Source: an uncultured Alphaproteobacteria bacterium (GTDB lineage Bacteria; Pseudomonadota; Alphaproteobacteria; HIMB59; GCA-002718135). From it: a stretch of DNA of 64,000 nucleotides. The notes under the pieces were generated by a model. The model searched no databases and was not told the DNA's origin. It worked only from the letters and a program-made list of their open reading frames with translations. Below are positions 1-9,323 of this stretch, piece after piece. Location of the stretch: contig CABZCZ010000002.1 in assembly GCA_902524385.1 (NCBI GenBank), positions 112,541-176,540 on the forward strand, written 5' to 3'. How positions within the stretch are numbered: position 1 is the first letter of the stretch; every line of letters begins with the position of its first letter. A program made the position numbers and the translations under genes.

Positions 1-783
1 AGTACCAATGTTTACTTGATATCTACTTGTTCCTATTTTTGCCAAACCAACAGGAACTGTATGAATTGTTGGATCTTGCATGAATATCATTGCATATATA
101 AATTCATTCCAAGTATCTAAAAATAATAATATTACACAAGTTGCAATAGCTGGTTTAGCAAGTGGCAAAAGAACTTTCATTAATAATTGCAAATCAGATG
201 CACCATCAACAGTTCCAGCTTCAGTTAATTCGTAAGGAATTTGTTCGTAAAACATTCTTAAAATTAAAATTCCTATGGGAATTAAAAAGCCAGCATACGC
301 AAGAATAACTGCTTGGTATGTGTTAATTATACCAAGATAAATCAAAATATAAAAAAGTGGAATTAATAAAACCTGAGCTGGCATTGCTACACTAGCTATC
401 ATTACATTGTATAAACTTTCTTTTAAAGGAAAGCGCAGATGACTAAATGCAAACGCAGCAAATATAGACATAGAAATTATTAAAGTCACTGAGAGTGAAG
501 TAACCACAGCGCTATTAATAAACATTCTAGGAAAAGAAACTTTTAATTTTTGTTCAGCATTAACAAATGCATCAATGTAATTTGCAAAGGAAAATTCATA
601 AGGTATTAAAAAATATCTTGCACTATATACAGTTTCTGGAGATCTCACAGATAGTGATAAAGTATAAAGTAATGGAAAAATAATTATAATAATAAAAAAT
701 AAAACAACAATTCTTGTAATGACATAGAAAACTGGACTTCTTTTGAAACTAGCACCATAATTATTTATTTTATTTGTTTCCAT
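1..783 (-). CDS. Carbohydrate ABC transporter permease (MalG-like), truncated at window edge
   Basis: Not in the ORF track. Minus-strand reading from ATG at 783 gives METNKINNYGASFKRSPVFYVITRIVVLFFIIIIIFPLLYTLSLSVRSPE, later ELTEAGTVDGAS (EAA loop). Starts 3 nt after the upstream permease stop. Confidence 0.88.
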   Translation of the reverse strand, partial: METNKINNYGASFKRSPVFYVITRIVVLFFIIIIIFPLLYTLSLSVRSPETVYSARYFLIPYEFSFANYIDAFVNAEQKLKVSFPRMFINSAVVTSLSVTLIISMSIFAAFAFSHLRFPLKESLYNVMIASVAMPAQVLLIPLFYILIYLGIINTYQAVILAYAGFLIPIGILILRMFYEQIPYELTEAGTVDGASDLQLLMKVLLPLAKPAIATCVILLFLDTWNEFIYAMIFMQDPTIHTVPVGLAKIGTSRYQVNIGT

Positions 784-786
784 AAT

Positions 787-1665
787 TTAATTTTCTCTTC
801 TTATTTTTTTACTTATAATAATTCTCGCAACAGCTATAGTTAAAATACATGCAAATATTACAAATGCTACTGCAGCCCCAACACCCATTTTGTTTGGGCC
901 TCCTGCTGAAAATGAATAATAATATAGATAAGATGCCAGAACCTCAGAGTAATGTGCTGGTCCCCCTCTGGTTAAAACATAAACTATATCAAAAGCCCGA
1001 AAGCCTCCAATTAAATTCAATATCATATTTAGAATTGTTGTTGGCCACAATAAAGGAATAATAATTGAAAATATTTTTTGAGACCAATTTGCTCCATCTA
1101 TGTCGGAAGCCTCGAGTAATTCAATATTCATACTTTGGAGACCTGCATAATAAATAACTAAATTATATCCAATCCATTGCCATGTATTAACCATAATAAT
1201 TAACCACATCACAAGGCTTACAGACGATAGATATGAATAATCAAGACCTAAAATTGAATTTAAAACACCATCTTGTTCTAAAATTTTTTTCCATACTAAA
1301 CCAACGGACACAGGTGCTAAAACACATGGAAAAAAGATAATTGAGCGAACTAAAACAGAAAATTTAAAGTTCCCAAAAAATATAAAAATAGATAAAACTA
1401 AAGCAATACCTGTTTGAATAAATACTGCACCAAATACAAATAGAAATGTGTTTTTAAGTGCGATCCAGAAATACTTATCTTCATAAATTTTAATAAAATT
1501 ATCAATTCCAACAAATTTACGAAACAAATTTGTTTCAAAACCTGAAAAATCAAAAAAACTTAATACCAAAGATGTTAGTCCAGGGATAACATTAAAAGTA
1601 AGAAATATAAATACTGCAGGTAATAAATAAAATAATGTTTTAATATGGAAAGTTTTATAAATCAT
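787..1665 (-). CDS. Carbohydrate ABC transporter permease (MalF-like)
   Basis: FVGIDNF, EAA motif ELLEASDIDGAN, FDIVYVLTRGGP, multiple hydrophobic segments. Confidence 0.92.
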   Translation of the reverse strand: MIYKTFHIKTLFYLLPAVFIFLTFNVIPGLTSLVLSFFDFSGFETNLFRKFVGIDNFIKIYEDKYFWIALKNTFLFVFGAVFIQTGIALVLSIFIFFGNFKFSVLVRSIIFFPCVLAPVSVGLVWKKILEQDGVLNSILGLDYSYLSSVSLVMWLIIMVNTWQWIGYNLVIYYAGLQSMNIELLEASDIDGANWSQKIFSIIIPLLWPTTILNMILNLIGGFRAFDIVYVLTRGGPAHYSEVLASYLYYYSFSAGGPNKMGVGAAVAFVIFACILTIAVARIIISKKIRREN

Positions 1666-1672
1666 TTAAAAA

Positions 1673-1699
1673 AGATTAGGGGTATTGAACCCCTAATCT
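1673..1699 (-). terminator. Hairpin downstream of binding-protein gene
   Basis: AGATTAGGGGT / ACCCCTAATCT perfect inverted repeat, followed by a T-run on the minus strand. Confidence 0.75.
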
Positions 1700-1707
1700 A
1701 ATAAATC

Positions 1708-3000
1708 TTAGCCACTGTAGCCAGTGACATCATTCATTTTTTCTACTATGTCATCAACTGAAGTTACACCTAGAAACATTTCCATAATACCATCATACAA
1801 ATGTTTCATTGGTTCTGCTTGAGAATAATAAATATTAGTATTTCTACCTTCTGTAGCTAACATTTTTATACCATCATTAAATAATAAATTAGGTGATGCA
1901 GCTAAAGCATCCATGTCAACTTGTGCAAGGTTTGCTGGAATTTGTCCATAACTAGCAAAAGTCATAGAAGCATTTGGACTATTTGTTAGTTTTACAAATT
2001 CCATTGCTAAATCTTTATTTGGAGAGTTAGCATTAATACCAAGATTAGTTCCTGTTGCTTTATTGTAAGTCATTGGAGAGTCACTAGATAGTTTTGGATA
2101 TGACATCATTGTTATACCTAAGCTATCAGGAGTATTATAATCTGCAGGAGCAGATGAAATAAACCAATCACCATTACAATAGATTCCAACACCTTCTCTT
2201 TCTAGCCATTTACCCCATGCTTGAACTTGGTAATCCATACTCAACGAATCTTTTCTCCAAACTCCGTTGTCATTAAGAGTTTTGTATGCATTAAGTGCAT
2301 CTCTAAACATTGGCTGATCCCAAGAAATTTTTCCATCAAGAGCCATTCCTAAAGAATCTTCAGGGTAATTTTGATTTCCTTGGTTAACAAAATTTGCAAA
2401 TCCATCAAAAACACACCAAGCTTCAACTGGTCCAAACATTAAGCCATCAAGACCTTTTTCTTTTGCTGCATTACCAATTGCAACCCATTCATCAACTGTG
2501 TAAGAGTCACCAAAAGCTGGGAGCTCAAAACCTAGGTCTTCAATCATATCATTGTAAACCCAAATTTCTTCTGTAAAAGCATCTTGAGGTGCCAGATAAA
2601 GATTACCATTTCTACTTAATTCAGGAATATTAATATTGTTTCCTAACCAACCTTTCCATTCATCATCTGCTTCTTTAGTTATGTTAACTAAATGCCCAGC
2701 ATTCATAACCTCATCAAGATCAGGACCAGGATAAACAGCAAAAATGTCGGGCCCTTTTCCAGATGAAAGAGCAGGTTTTAGGAATTCATTATAAGTAGAG
2801 ACTGTATATTGCGTATACTCTACTTTAACTCCTGGATTAGCTGCTTCAAATTCTTTTATAAAGTCAGCATAAGCATTTGTAATACCTCCAACACCAGACT
2901 GCCAATCTACAACAGTAATAACAGTTTCTGCCTTTGCACTGATAGATACGAAGGCACTAACTAGTAGTGCTAGAGAAAATTTAAAAATATTTTTAACCAT
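1708..3000 (-). CDS. Sugar ABC substrate-binding protein (family 1, CUT1)
   Basis: Start reassigned to MVKNIFK at 3000, preceded by GGAGGA. Signal peptide ending SAKA; FEAANPGVKVE and GPDIF motifs. Confidence 0.9.
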   Translation of the reverse strand: MVKNIFKFSLALLVSAFVSISAKAETVITVVDWQSGVGGITNAYADFIKEFEAANPGVKVEYTQYTVSTYNEFLKPALSSGKGPDIFAVYPGPDLDEVMNAGHLVNITKEADDEWKGWLGNNINIPELSRNGNLYLAPQDAFTEEIWVYNDMIEDLGFELPAFGDSYTVDEWVAIGNAAKEKGLDGLMFGPVEAWCVFDGFANFVNQGNQNYPEDSLGMALDGKISWDQPMFRDALNAYKTLNDNGVWRKDSLSMDYQVQAWGKWLEREGVGIYCNGDWFISSAPADYNTPDSLGITMMSYPKLSSDSPMTYNKATGTNLGINANSPNKDLAMEFVKLTNSPNASMTFASYGQIPANLAQVDMDALAASPNLLFNDGIKMLATEGRNTNIYYSQAEPMKHLYDGIMEMFLGVTSVDDIVEKMNDVTGYSG

Positions 3001-3082
3001 ATTTTCCTCCAATATGATTAACATTACATCACACTTTAAAAAATAAATACACTTAAATAATCAGAATTATTAATAAAATTTA

Positions 3083-3111
3083 TTGCTTTTTAGCCATTTC
3101 TGTAACAAGAT
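3083..3111 (+). promoter_or_regulatory. Putative sigma70-type promoter TTGCTT-N17-CAAGAT
   Basis: Same arrangement recurs at 6742-6770 and 42278-42306. Confidence 0.45.
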
Positions 3112-3120
3112 ACATTCCAT

Positions 3121-4299
3121 ATGGATAAACGTTACATAATATCAGAAATAAAAGTTTCAATTGTTAAAACTCAGAGTGCTGGCGCAGACTACACTGATCA
3201 TGCTGCAGGTCACTGGATAAACGATACAATTATTGCAAATCCAATGTCAATTTATAATACATTCCAGGAGTCAAGATCCTCATGGGGTATGGATGTATTA
3301 AAGGGTATTTTTATAGAAGTAACAACCGAGGGAGGTCACCAAGGTTATGCAACTGCTTATGGTGGGTATATCGCAAGTTGGATAATTAAAAATCATTTAA
3401 ACCGTTTTTTAGTTGGCGCTGATGCTAGAGACTTAAATCTTCTTTATGATCAAATGTATAGAGCAGCAATTCCTTATTCGGGTCAAAATGGTGTTGTTAT
3501 GAATACAATTGCTGGTATCGATTTAGCCTTATGGGATTTAATTGGAAAAGTTAGAGGTGAACCAGTTTATAAAATGATAGGCGGAAAAGTAAGAGATAAA
3601 CTTCAAACATATGTAACAGGTCCAGAAGCAAAGCTTGCTCAAGATTGGGGACATGTAGGTTCTAAAATACCACTACCTTATGGTCCAGGAGATGGGATTA
3701 AAGGTCTTAAGAAAAATCAAGAGTATATAATGGAAACTAGAAAACAAGTTGGGCATGATTATCGATTAATGGTTGATTGTTATATGTCACTTGACGTACC
3801 ATATGCGATTGATTTAGCAAACGCTGTTAGAGAAGCCAATCTATTTTGGATTGAAGAAGCTCTTCCACCTCATGATCTTGAGAGTCATAAGTTAATTAAA
3901 GAAGCATGTCCTTGGCAAAAGTGGGCTACTGGAGAGCATACTAATTCTCGTTATGGATTTAGGAATATTATTAGAGATAGATCAGTAGATATTCTTCAAC
4001 CAGATCTGACTCTATGTGGAATGACAGAAACATTACGAATAGCTGCTATGGCATCTGCTTATGATATGATTGTTATTCCTCATTGCAGCGGTGTTTATGC
4101 ATATAACTTTGGTATTGCTTCAACTTTAACACCTTTTAATGAATTTATAAATTTACATCCAAAAGCAACAGAAGTAGTTCCTATTTTTGGTAAGATGTTT
4201 AAAAACGAACCTGTGCCTGTAAATGGAGAAGTTAGCTTAACCGATCTTCCTGGTTTTGGTGCTGAGTTAAATACTGAGGTTGAGTTAGAAGAAATTTAA
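3121..4299 (+). CDS. rhmD: L-rhamnonate dehydratase-like enzyme (enolase superfamily)
   Basis: RhmD-type N-terminus (GADY..GHWI..IANPMS..SRSSWG), K-x-P (SKIP), metal ligands in MVDC, WIEE, TGEH, and His in VIPH. Confidence 0.75.
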   Translation: MDKRYIISEIKVSIVKTQSAGADYTDHAAGHWINDTIIANPMSIYNTFQESRSSWGMDVLKGIFIEVTTEGGHQGYATAYGGYIASWIIKNHLNRFLVGADARDLNLLYDQMYRAAIPYSGQNGVVMNTIAGIDLALWDLIGKVRGEPVYKMIGGKVRDKLQTYVTGPEAKLAQDWGHVGSKIPLPYGPGDGIKGLKKNQEYIMETRKQVGHDYRLMVDCYMSLDVPYAIDLANAVREANLFWIEEALPPHDLESHKLIKEACPWQKWATGEHTNSRYGFRNIIRDRSVDILQPDLTLCGMTETLRIAAMASAYDMIVIPHCSGVYAYNFGIASTLTPFNEFINLHPKATEVVPIFGKMFKNEPVPVNGEVSLTDLPGFGAELNTEVELEEI

Positions 4300-5328
4300 C
4301 TATAGTTTTTTTGCTGTAGCAACTAACATTTTTATTTTGTTTTTAACTATATCTATAGGCACATGACCAAAACCACATTCACTCGTAAGTAAAATTTTTT
4401 CTTTAGGAAAATATTCTAGAGCAGGTTTAATAGCTTTTATAATGTCTTCCTCTGTTTCTGTATTATCAATTCTTTGATCAATTACGCCAAGAGATACTTT
4501 TCCATCAAATTTCCAATCATTAAATACATCCAACATTTTATAATGTAGGCTGCAGTGTTCTAGATGTATTTCATCAACTTTTAATATCTTAAATGCTTCA
4601 ATCATATCAGTGTATTTTCCAAAAAAACCTCTTTTCCTGTGAGCATTACCGCCACATACATGAAGGTTAAAATCTACATTAGGAAATTTTTCAATAATTC
4701 CATTTAATACTTCAGCGGCCCATTTCGTTTCATTTACATTTTCAGTCCAAACAGGTTCATCAAATTGAACATAATCACATCCTTCATTAACGACTTCTTC
4801 TAGTTCTGCTGTTAATACATTTGCATAAGCTTTTGCAAGTGCAATATCATCTGGATAGAGATCAGTTCTTTCATTGACACTAAATCTTGCCAGCATATGA
4901 GGGCCAGTAATTGTTTGTTTCACTCTCACGTTTGAAGGAGTATTATCTCTAGCAACCCTCCATTTTTTTGCCAAACCAATTTTTAGATTTTTTATTTCAT
5001 CTTTTACAACTGCACACTCAATTCCAAATCCTTTAGTTCCATGAGTCTTACTTAAATCCACACCTTTCATTGAACCACCAAGTGTGAAATCTTTGCGAAT
5101 TTTATTTATAGCATCCACCCCATCCAATCGTAATTGATAGAACCAATACATATTTTCTCTGTATCCTTCACCATCTGTAATAATATCAAGTCCGAGATCA
5201 GACTGTTCTTTAACTGCCCATTTAATCATTTCAAAAGATTCTTCTTCTGAAACACTTGGTTTACGCAGTGTATCTTTTTGCACTTCTTTCCTTGGATAGC
5301 TACCTGTGACTGTTGTTGTATAACTCAT
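4300..5328 (-). CDS. Cobalamin-independent methionine synthase-like protein (single catalytic barrel)
   Basis: TGSYPR, DIITDGE, TGP, QFDEP, Zn ligands LHVC and ECGF; 342 aa, no N-terminal folate barrel. Confidence 0.85.
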   Translation of the reverse strand: MSYTTTVTGSYPRKEVQKDTLRKPSVSEEESFEMIKWAVKEQSDLGLDIITDGEGYRENMYWFYQLRLDGVDAINKIRKDFTLGGSMKGVDLSKTHGTKGFGIECAVVKDEIKNLKIGLAKKWRVARDNTPSNVRVKQTITGPHMLARFSVNERTDLYPDDIALAKAYANVLTAELEEVVNEGCDYVQFDEPVWTENVNETKWAAEVLNGIIEKFPNVDFNLHVCGGNAHRKRGFFGKYTDMIEAFKILKVDEIHLEHCSLHYKMLDVFNDWKFDGKVSLGVIDQRIDNTETEEDIIKAIKPALEYFPKEKILLTSECGFGHVPIDIVKNKIKMLVATAKKL

Positions 5329-5331
5329 ATA

Positions 5332-6297
5332 TCAATTACTTTCTCTTACATCTTGTATAAGACATTTAACACCTTCTTCAAACGATCTTGGATTAAAATC
5401 TATTTCTTTTCGAATTCTTTCATCATTTTGATCATCAATTAATGGTGTTGATTTTATATTTTCATCAAAAAAGATTTCTGCATCTGGAATTATTTTTTTA
5501 ACAGTTGCTTCTAATTGACTACCATCTAAAGTTTCAGCACCTGTATTAAAGCAAGAATAATTTAAAGTTTCTTTTAATGCTAAACGAACAAGTTGTTCTG
5601 CACAATCATCTACATAGATCCAGTTGTCTCTATTTTTTTTTGAAAATGGTAAATGAGCTGCTTGTCCCAAAGCAGGCTTAGCAGCAAAATCTTCAGCCCA
5701 GTTGATCGCAGTATTCTGTCTTCCATAACCATATACGACTGATGGCCTAGTATAGGCAATACTACATCCATGTTTTTTGATATATTTTTCAGCCATAAAC
5801 TCATTAAGAAGCTTCATTACGCCATATGTATAAAAGTGATTATTGATGCCTGAGTAATCCTCTTCTGTTACAGCTCTGTTTCCAAAGAATTCTTGATGAG
5901 CACCGTAAACGGTTTCGCTACTTGCAAATACTAATCGTCTAATTTTATACTTCACTATCATTTCAAATATTGAAGTAGTTCCAACGATATTTATTTTACT
6001 TGCTAGTAATGGATTTTCTTCACATATAGTTCCAATTCCATATGCTAAATTAATAACTGAATCTATTTTGTTATTTTGAAAAATATTTTCAATTTCGTTA
6101 TAATTGGTAATATCTAATTTTTGATATTTTACTTTTTCTTTATTTTTCCCAATTTTTAATATGTTACTTTCAAGTTTATCTTTATTTTTTACAATATCAA
6201 GATCTGTCACTAAAACATCAATATCTTTTTTTAGTAATTGCAAAACAACCTTAGATCCAATAAATCCTAAACCACCTGTAACTAAAACAGTCATCAA
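5332..6297 (-). CDS. NAD-dependent epimerase/dehydratase (extended SDR)
   Basis: TGGLGFIG Rossmann motif, FASS, catalytic YGVMK. Confidence 0.88.
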   Translation of the reverse strand: MMTVLVTGGLGFIGSKVVLQLLKKDIDVLVTDLDIVKNKDKLESNILKIGKNKEKVKYQKLDITNYNEIENIFQNNKIDSVINLAYGIGTICEENPLLASKINIVGTTSIFEMIVKYKIRRLVFASSETVYGAHQEFFGNRAVTEEDYSGINNHFYTYGVMKLLNEFMAEKYIKKHGCSIAYTRPSVVYGYGRQNTAINWAEDFAAKPALGQAAHLPFSKKNRDNWIYVDDCAEQLVRLALKETLNYSCFNTGAETLDGSQLEATVKKIIPDAEIFFDENIKSTPLIDDQNDERIRKEIDFNPRSFEEGVKCLIQDVRESN

Positions 6298-6627
6298 TTA
6301 TTCCATAAAAAAAATTTGATCCATCATAACCCAGGATTCATTATCATCATTATTAGGGAAAGGATTAAAGCAATCTATCATTAGTTTAGTCCATTTATCT
6401 ACAATTGGTATTTGTTGCATTTTTCCCATATCACCATCAAAATCTTTTCCTGTATACTCCAGATATCCAAACATAAAATCTTCTTTTAAGAAGATACTAT
6501 AATTTTGAACATTAATTTTTTTTAACTCTTCTAAAACTTCAGGCCAAACATTTGCATGATTGTCAATATAATATTGTCTTTTCTCATCTTTCAACCTGAC
6601 AGCCATTCCATATCTTTGTATAACCAT
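6298..6627 (-). CDS. rhaM: L-rhamnose/L-fucose mutarotase (RhaM family)
   Basis: YIDNHANVWPE, NYSIF, W..M..IF motifs; 109 aa; AGGAGG upstream. Confidence 0.85.
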   Translation of the reverse strand: MVIQRYGMAVRLKDEKRQYYIDNHANVWPEVLEELKKINVQNYSIFLKEDFMFGYLEYTGKDFDGDMGKMQQIPIVDKWTKLMIDCFNPFPNNDDNESWVMMDQIFFME

Positions 6628-6741
6628 ACAACCTCCTTAATTTTTCAAATTAACTTAACATAGAACTTACAATGAAATGAAACAAAATCATTAGTTATTC
6701 ATAATTTTTTCTGATCTTAATTTTTATTACTGCATGATTTA

Positions 6742-6770
6742 TTGCTTTTTTAAAAAATTTAGTTAGAGAT
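6742..6770 (+). promoter_or_regulatory. Putative promoter TTGCTT-N17-AGAGAT, possibly leaderless transcript
   Basis: Shares ATTTATTGCTTTTT with 3078-3091; ATG follows 7 nt after the -10 element and there is no SD. Confidence 0.4.
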
Positions 6771-6777
6771 ATTTTCT

Positions 6778-7863
6778 ATGGAAAAAATTAGTACAGAAGA
6801 TATTGCAAATTTAAATACTGTTTGGGAGCTTCCAAAAAATAAAAAACCAATTGTAATTATTGGTGCTGGTGGAATAGTAAGTGACGCCCATTTGCCAGCA
6901 TATAAAAAAGCAAACTTTCCTGTGAGAGGAATTTATGATCCTGATGTAGAAAAAGCAAAAAAATGTGCTGAAAATTATTCTATTGAAAAGATTTACTCTA
7001 GTGAAGAAGAAGCATTAGCAGAAAAAGATGTAGTTTTTGATATAGCAGTTCCTCCTCAAGTTCTATTAGGTATTGTTCAAAAGATTCCAAATAATTCTAT
7101 TTGCCAATTACAAAAACCAATGGGTAATAGTATGACTCAAGCAAAAAGAATTAAAGAAATCATTAATGAAAAAAATATTATTGCATGTGTTAATCTTCAA
7201 TTAAAATTTAGTCCGATGATGATTGCTTTAAGAGAAGCAATAGACAAAAAAATGTTAGGCAAATTAACAGAATTAGAAATATGTTTAAGCGTGGGCACTC
7301 CATGGCATCTTTGGCCTTTTTTAGAAACACTAGATAATGTCGAAGTTCCACTTCACTCTATTCATTATTTAGATTGGATACGATCAGTTCTTGGGAATCC
7401 AGCAAGTGTACATTGTAAATCAGTAAAACATCCTAATTTACCAAACTTAGCTGATTGTAGATCAAGTATAATTCTTCAATATGAAGATGATATCAGATGT
7501 TGTTTATCTATAAATCATACTCATGATAATTCTTCACATGGTATGAAACACTCACATGCGTATGCCAGGCTCGAAGGCTTGGATGGAGCAGCTTATATCA
7601 AATTTGGGTTACTTCTTAACTATCCAAACGGTGAACCGGAAGAGATTGAAATTTCTACAAAAGATACTGAATGGACCAAAGTCAAGAATGTTGGAACTTG
7701 GTTTCCAGATGCATTTATAGGCACTATGTCTAGCTTACAAAGATATGCATCAGGAGAAGAAGCTGAATTAACTCATTCCGTTGATAATGCCTATAATACA
7801 ATGGCTCTTGTATATGCTTGTCTTGAGTCTAATACTCAACCTGGGACAATAGTTCACTATTAA
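6778..7863 (+). CDS. Gfo/Idh/MocA family oxidoreductase (candidate aldose dehydrogenase)
   Basis: IIGAGGIV..AHLPAY, QKP, HSIHYLD. Confidence 0.85.
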   Translation: MEKISTEDIANLNTVWELPKNKKPIVIIGAGGIVSDAHLPAYKKANFPVRGIYDPDVEKAKKCAENYSIEKIYSSEEEALAEKDVVFDIAVPPQVLLGIVQKIPNNSICQLQKPMGNSMTQAKRIKEIINEKNIIACVNLQLKFSPMMIALREAIDKKMLGKLTELEICLSVGTPWHLWPFLETLDNVEVPLHSIHYLDWIRSVLGNPASVHCKSVKHPNLPNLADCRSSIILQYEDDIRCCLSINHTHDNSSHGMKHSHAYARLEGLDGAAYIKFGLLLNYPNGEPEEIEISTKDTEWTKVKNVGTWFPDAFIGTMSSLQRYASGEEAELTHSVDNAYNTMALVYACLESNTQPGTIVHY

Positions 7864-7941
7864 AAAAAATTTCCCTAAAGTTATTGTATTTTTATCAAAT
7901 AATTGCAACATGGCGTTATTAATTAACAAATTTATGGAGGA

Positions 7942-9270
7942 ATGATGTTAAGATTATTTTTATCATTGGTTCTTGCCGTATCTTTTTTTGGTTCTTTTTC
8001 AGCTAAAGCTGAAACTGAATTATGGGGAGATTATTCTGGTGTAACTCTGAGAGTTAAACTGATCGGTGGAGGACAATACGAAGGATTATACAACGAAGTA
8101 ATTCCATGGTGGGAAGAAAACACGGGTGGAAAAATTGAAATCGTAACACAAAAAAATCACTTTGAATTAGACAAAGAAATTAAGAAAGATATTGCATCAG
8201 GCAATTTAGATTTTTGTGTAGCGTCCAACCACACAAGTTTTGCATCTCAATATGGCAATATTTACACGGACTTAAATAATATAATGCCTGCATCAGTTTT
8301 AGCAGATTATACACCATTAATTTTAGAGCACTCTACTGTTGATGGAAGATTAGTGCAAATGCCAAGACACAGTGATGTTAGTAACTTATATTATCAAAAA
8401 AGTTTATATGAAGATGCTGATAACAAAGCTAACTTTAAAGCAAAGTATGGCTATGATTTAACGCCACCTGAAACTTGGGATCAAGTTAAAGATCAGGCTA
8501 TCTTTTTCTCAAACCCGCCTGATTTCTACGGAACTCAATACGTTGGTAAAGAAGAAGCGATAGCAGGTCGGTTCTATGAGCTAATAATTGCAAATGGTGG
8601 AGCGTTATTTGACGAAGATTATCGTCCAATATTCAACTCAGCAGCAGGTGTTGAAGCTCTTCAATGGTTTATTGATTTGTATAATGCAAAAGCAGTTCCT
8701 GATGGAGTTTTAAACTATCTTTGGGATGACACTGGATTAGGTTTTGCAAGTGGAACAATTGCTATGAACCTTGACTGGGCAGGATGGGCAGGTTTCTTTA
8801 ATGATCCAGAAAACTCAAAAGTTGCTGGTGATATTGGACTTGTACGTGCTCCAATGGGTTCTGGTGGTTTAAGAACTGGTTGGTCAGGATCACACTCTTT
8901 CTCAATGACAGAGTCATGTCCAGATAAAGAAGCAGCTGCATCATTCTTATGGGCTTTAACAAGTAATAAAGCACAAATGATTGAAGCAAGAGGTGGACTA
9001 TCACCAACACGTCCGGCTATTTGGGATGCGATCATTGCTGAAAAGAAAGCTGAAGGTGATGAGTTTATGTTAATGGTATTTGAAACTTTCAAAATGTCAT
9101 TGGCAGAAGATGCATTCACTCCACCACTAATTCCTGAGTGGATTGAATTCACTAACGTTCTATATCCAGAACTTCAAGCAGCTATTCTTGGAGACAAATC
9201 TCCTGAAGATGCGCTAGCTACCGCTTCTAAGAAAGCAACTGAAATTATGGAAGACGCTGGTTACTTCTAA
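7942..9270 (+). CDS. Sugar ABC substrate-binding protein, probably L-fucose type
   Basis: Signal peptide ending SAKA, GGAGG SD. KLIGGGQYE and KNHFELDKE resemble, from memory, the rhizobial L-fucose binding protein; fucose catabolic genes lie downstream. Confidence 0.85.
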   Translation: MMLRLFLSLVLAVSFFGSFSAKAETELWGDYSGVTLRVKLIGGGQYEGLYNEVIPWWEENTGGKIEIVTQKNHFELDKEIKKDIASGNLDFCVASNHTSFASQYGNIYTDLNNIMPASVLADYTPLILEHSTVDGRLVQMPRHSDVSNLYYQKSLYEDADNKANFKAKYGYDLTPPETWDQVKDQAIFFSNPPDFYGTQYVGKEEAIAGRFYELIIANGGALFDEDYRPIFNSAAGVEALQWFIDLYNAKAVPDGVLNYLWDDTGLGFASGTIAMNLDWAGWAGFFNDPENSKVAGDIGLVRAPMGSGGLRTGWSGSHSFSMTESCPDKEAAASFLWALTSNKAQMIEARGGLSPTRPAIWDAIIAEKKAEGDEFMLMVFETFKMSLAEDAFTPPLIPEWIEFTNVLYPELQAAILGDKSPEDALATASKKATEIMEDAGYF

Positions 9271-9283
9271 CATTTACTAAAAT

Positions 9284-9310
9284 ACCTAGCTCTATTAATT
9301 AGAGCTAGGT
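9284..9310 (+). terminator. Hairpin downstream of binding-protein gene (mRNA stabiliser or partial terminator)
   Basis: ACCTAGCTCTA-TTAAT-TAGAGCTAGGT, 11-bp perfect stem, weak T tract. Confidence 0.7.
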
Positions 9311-9323
9311 TTCTAAATCTATC

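Noticed and set aside
8715-9152. 145-aa antisense ORF
   Set aside because: Shadow of the SBP gene; no motif, explained by codon bias.
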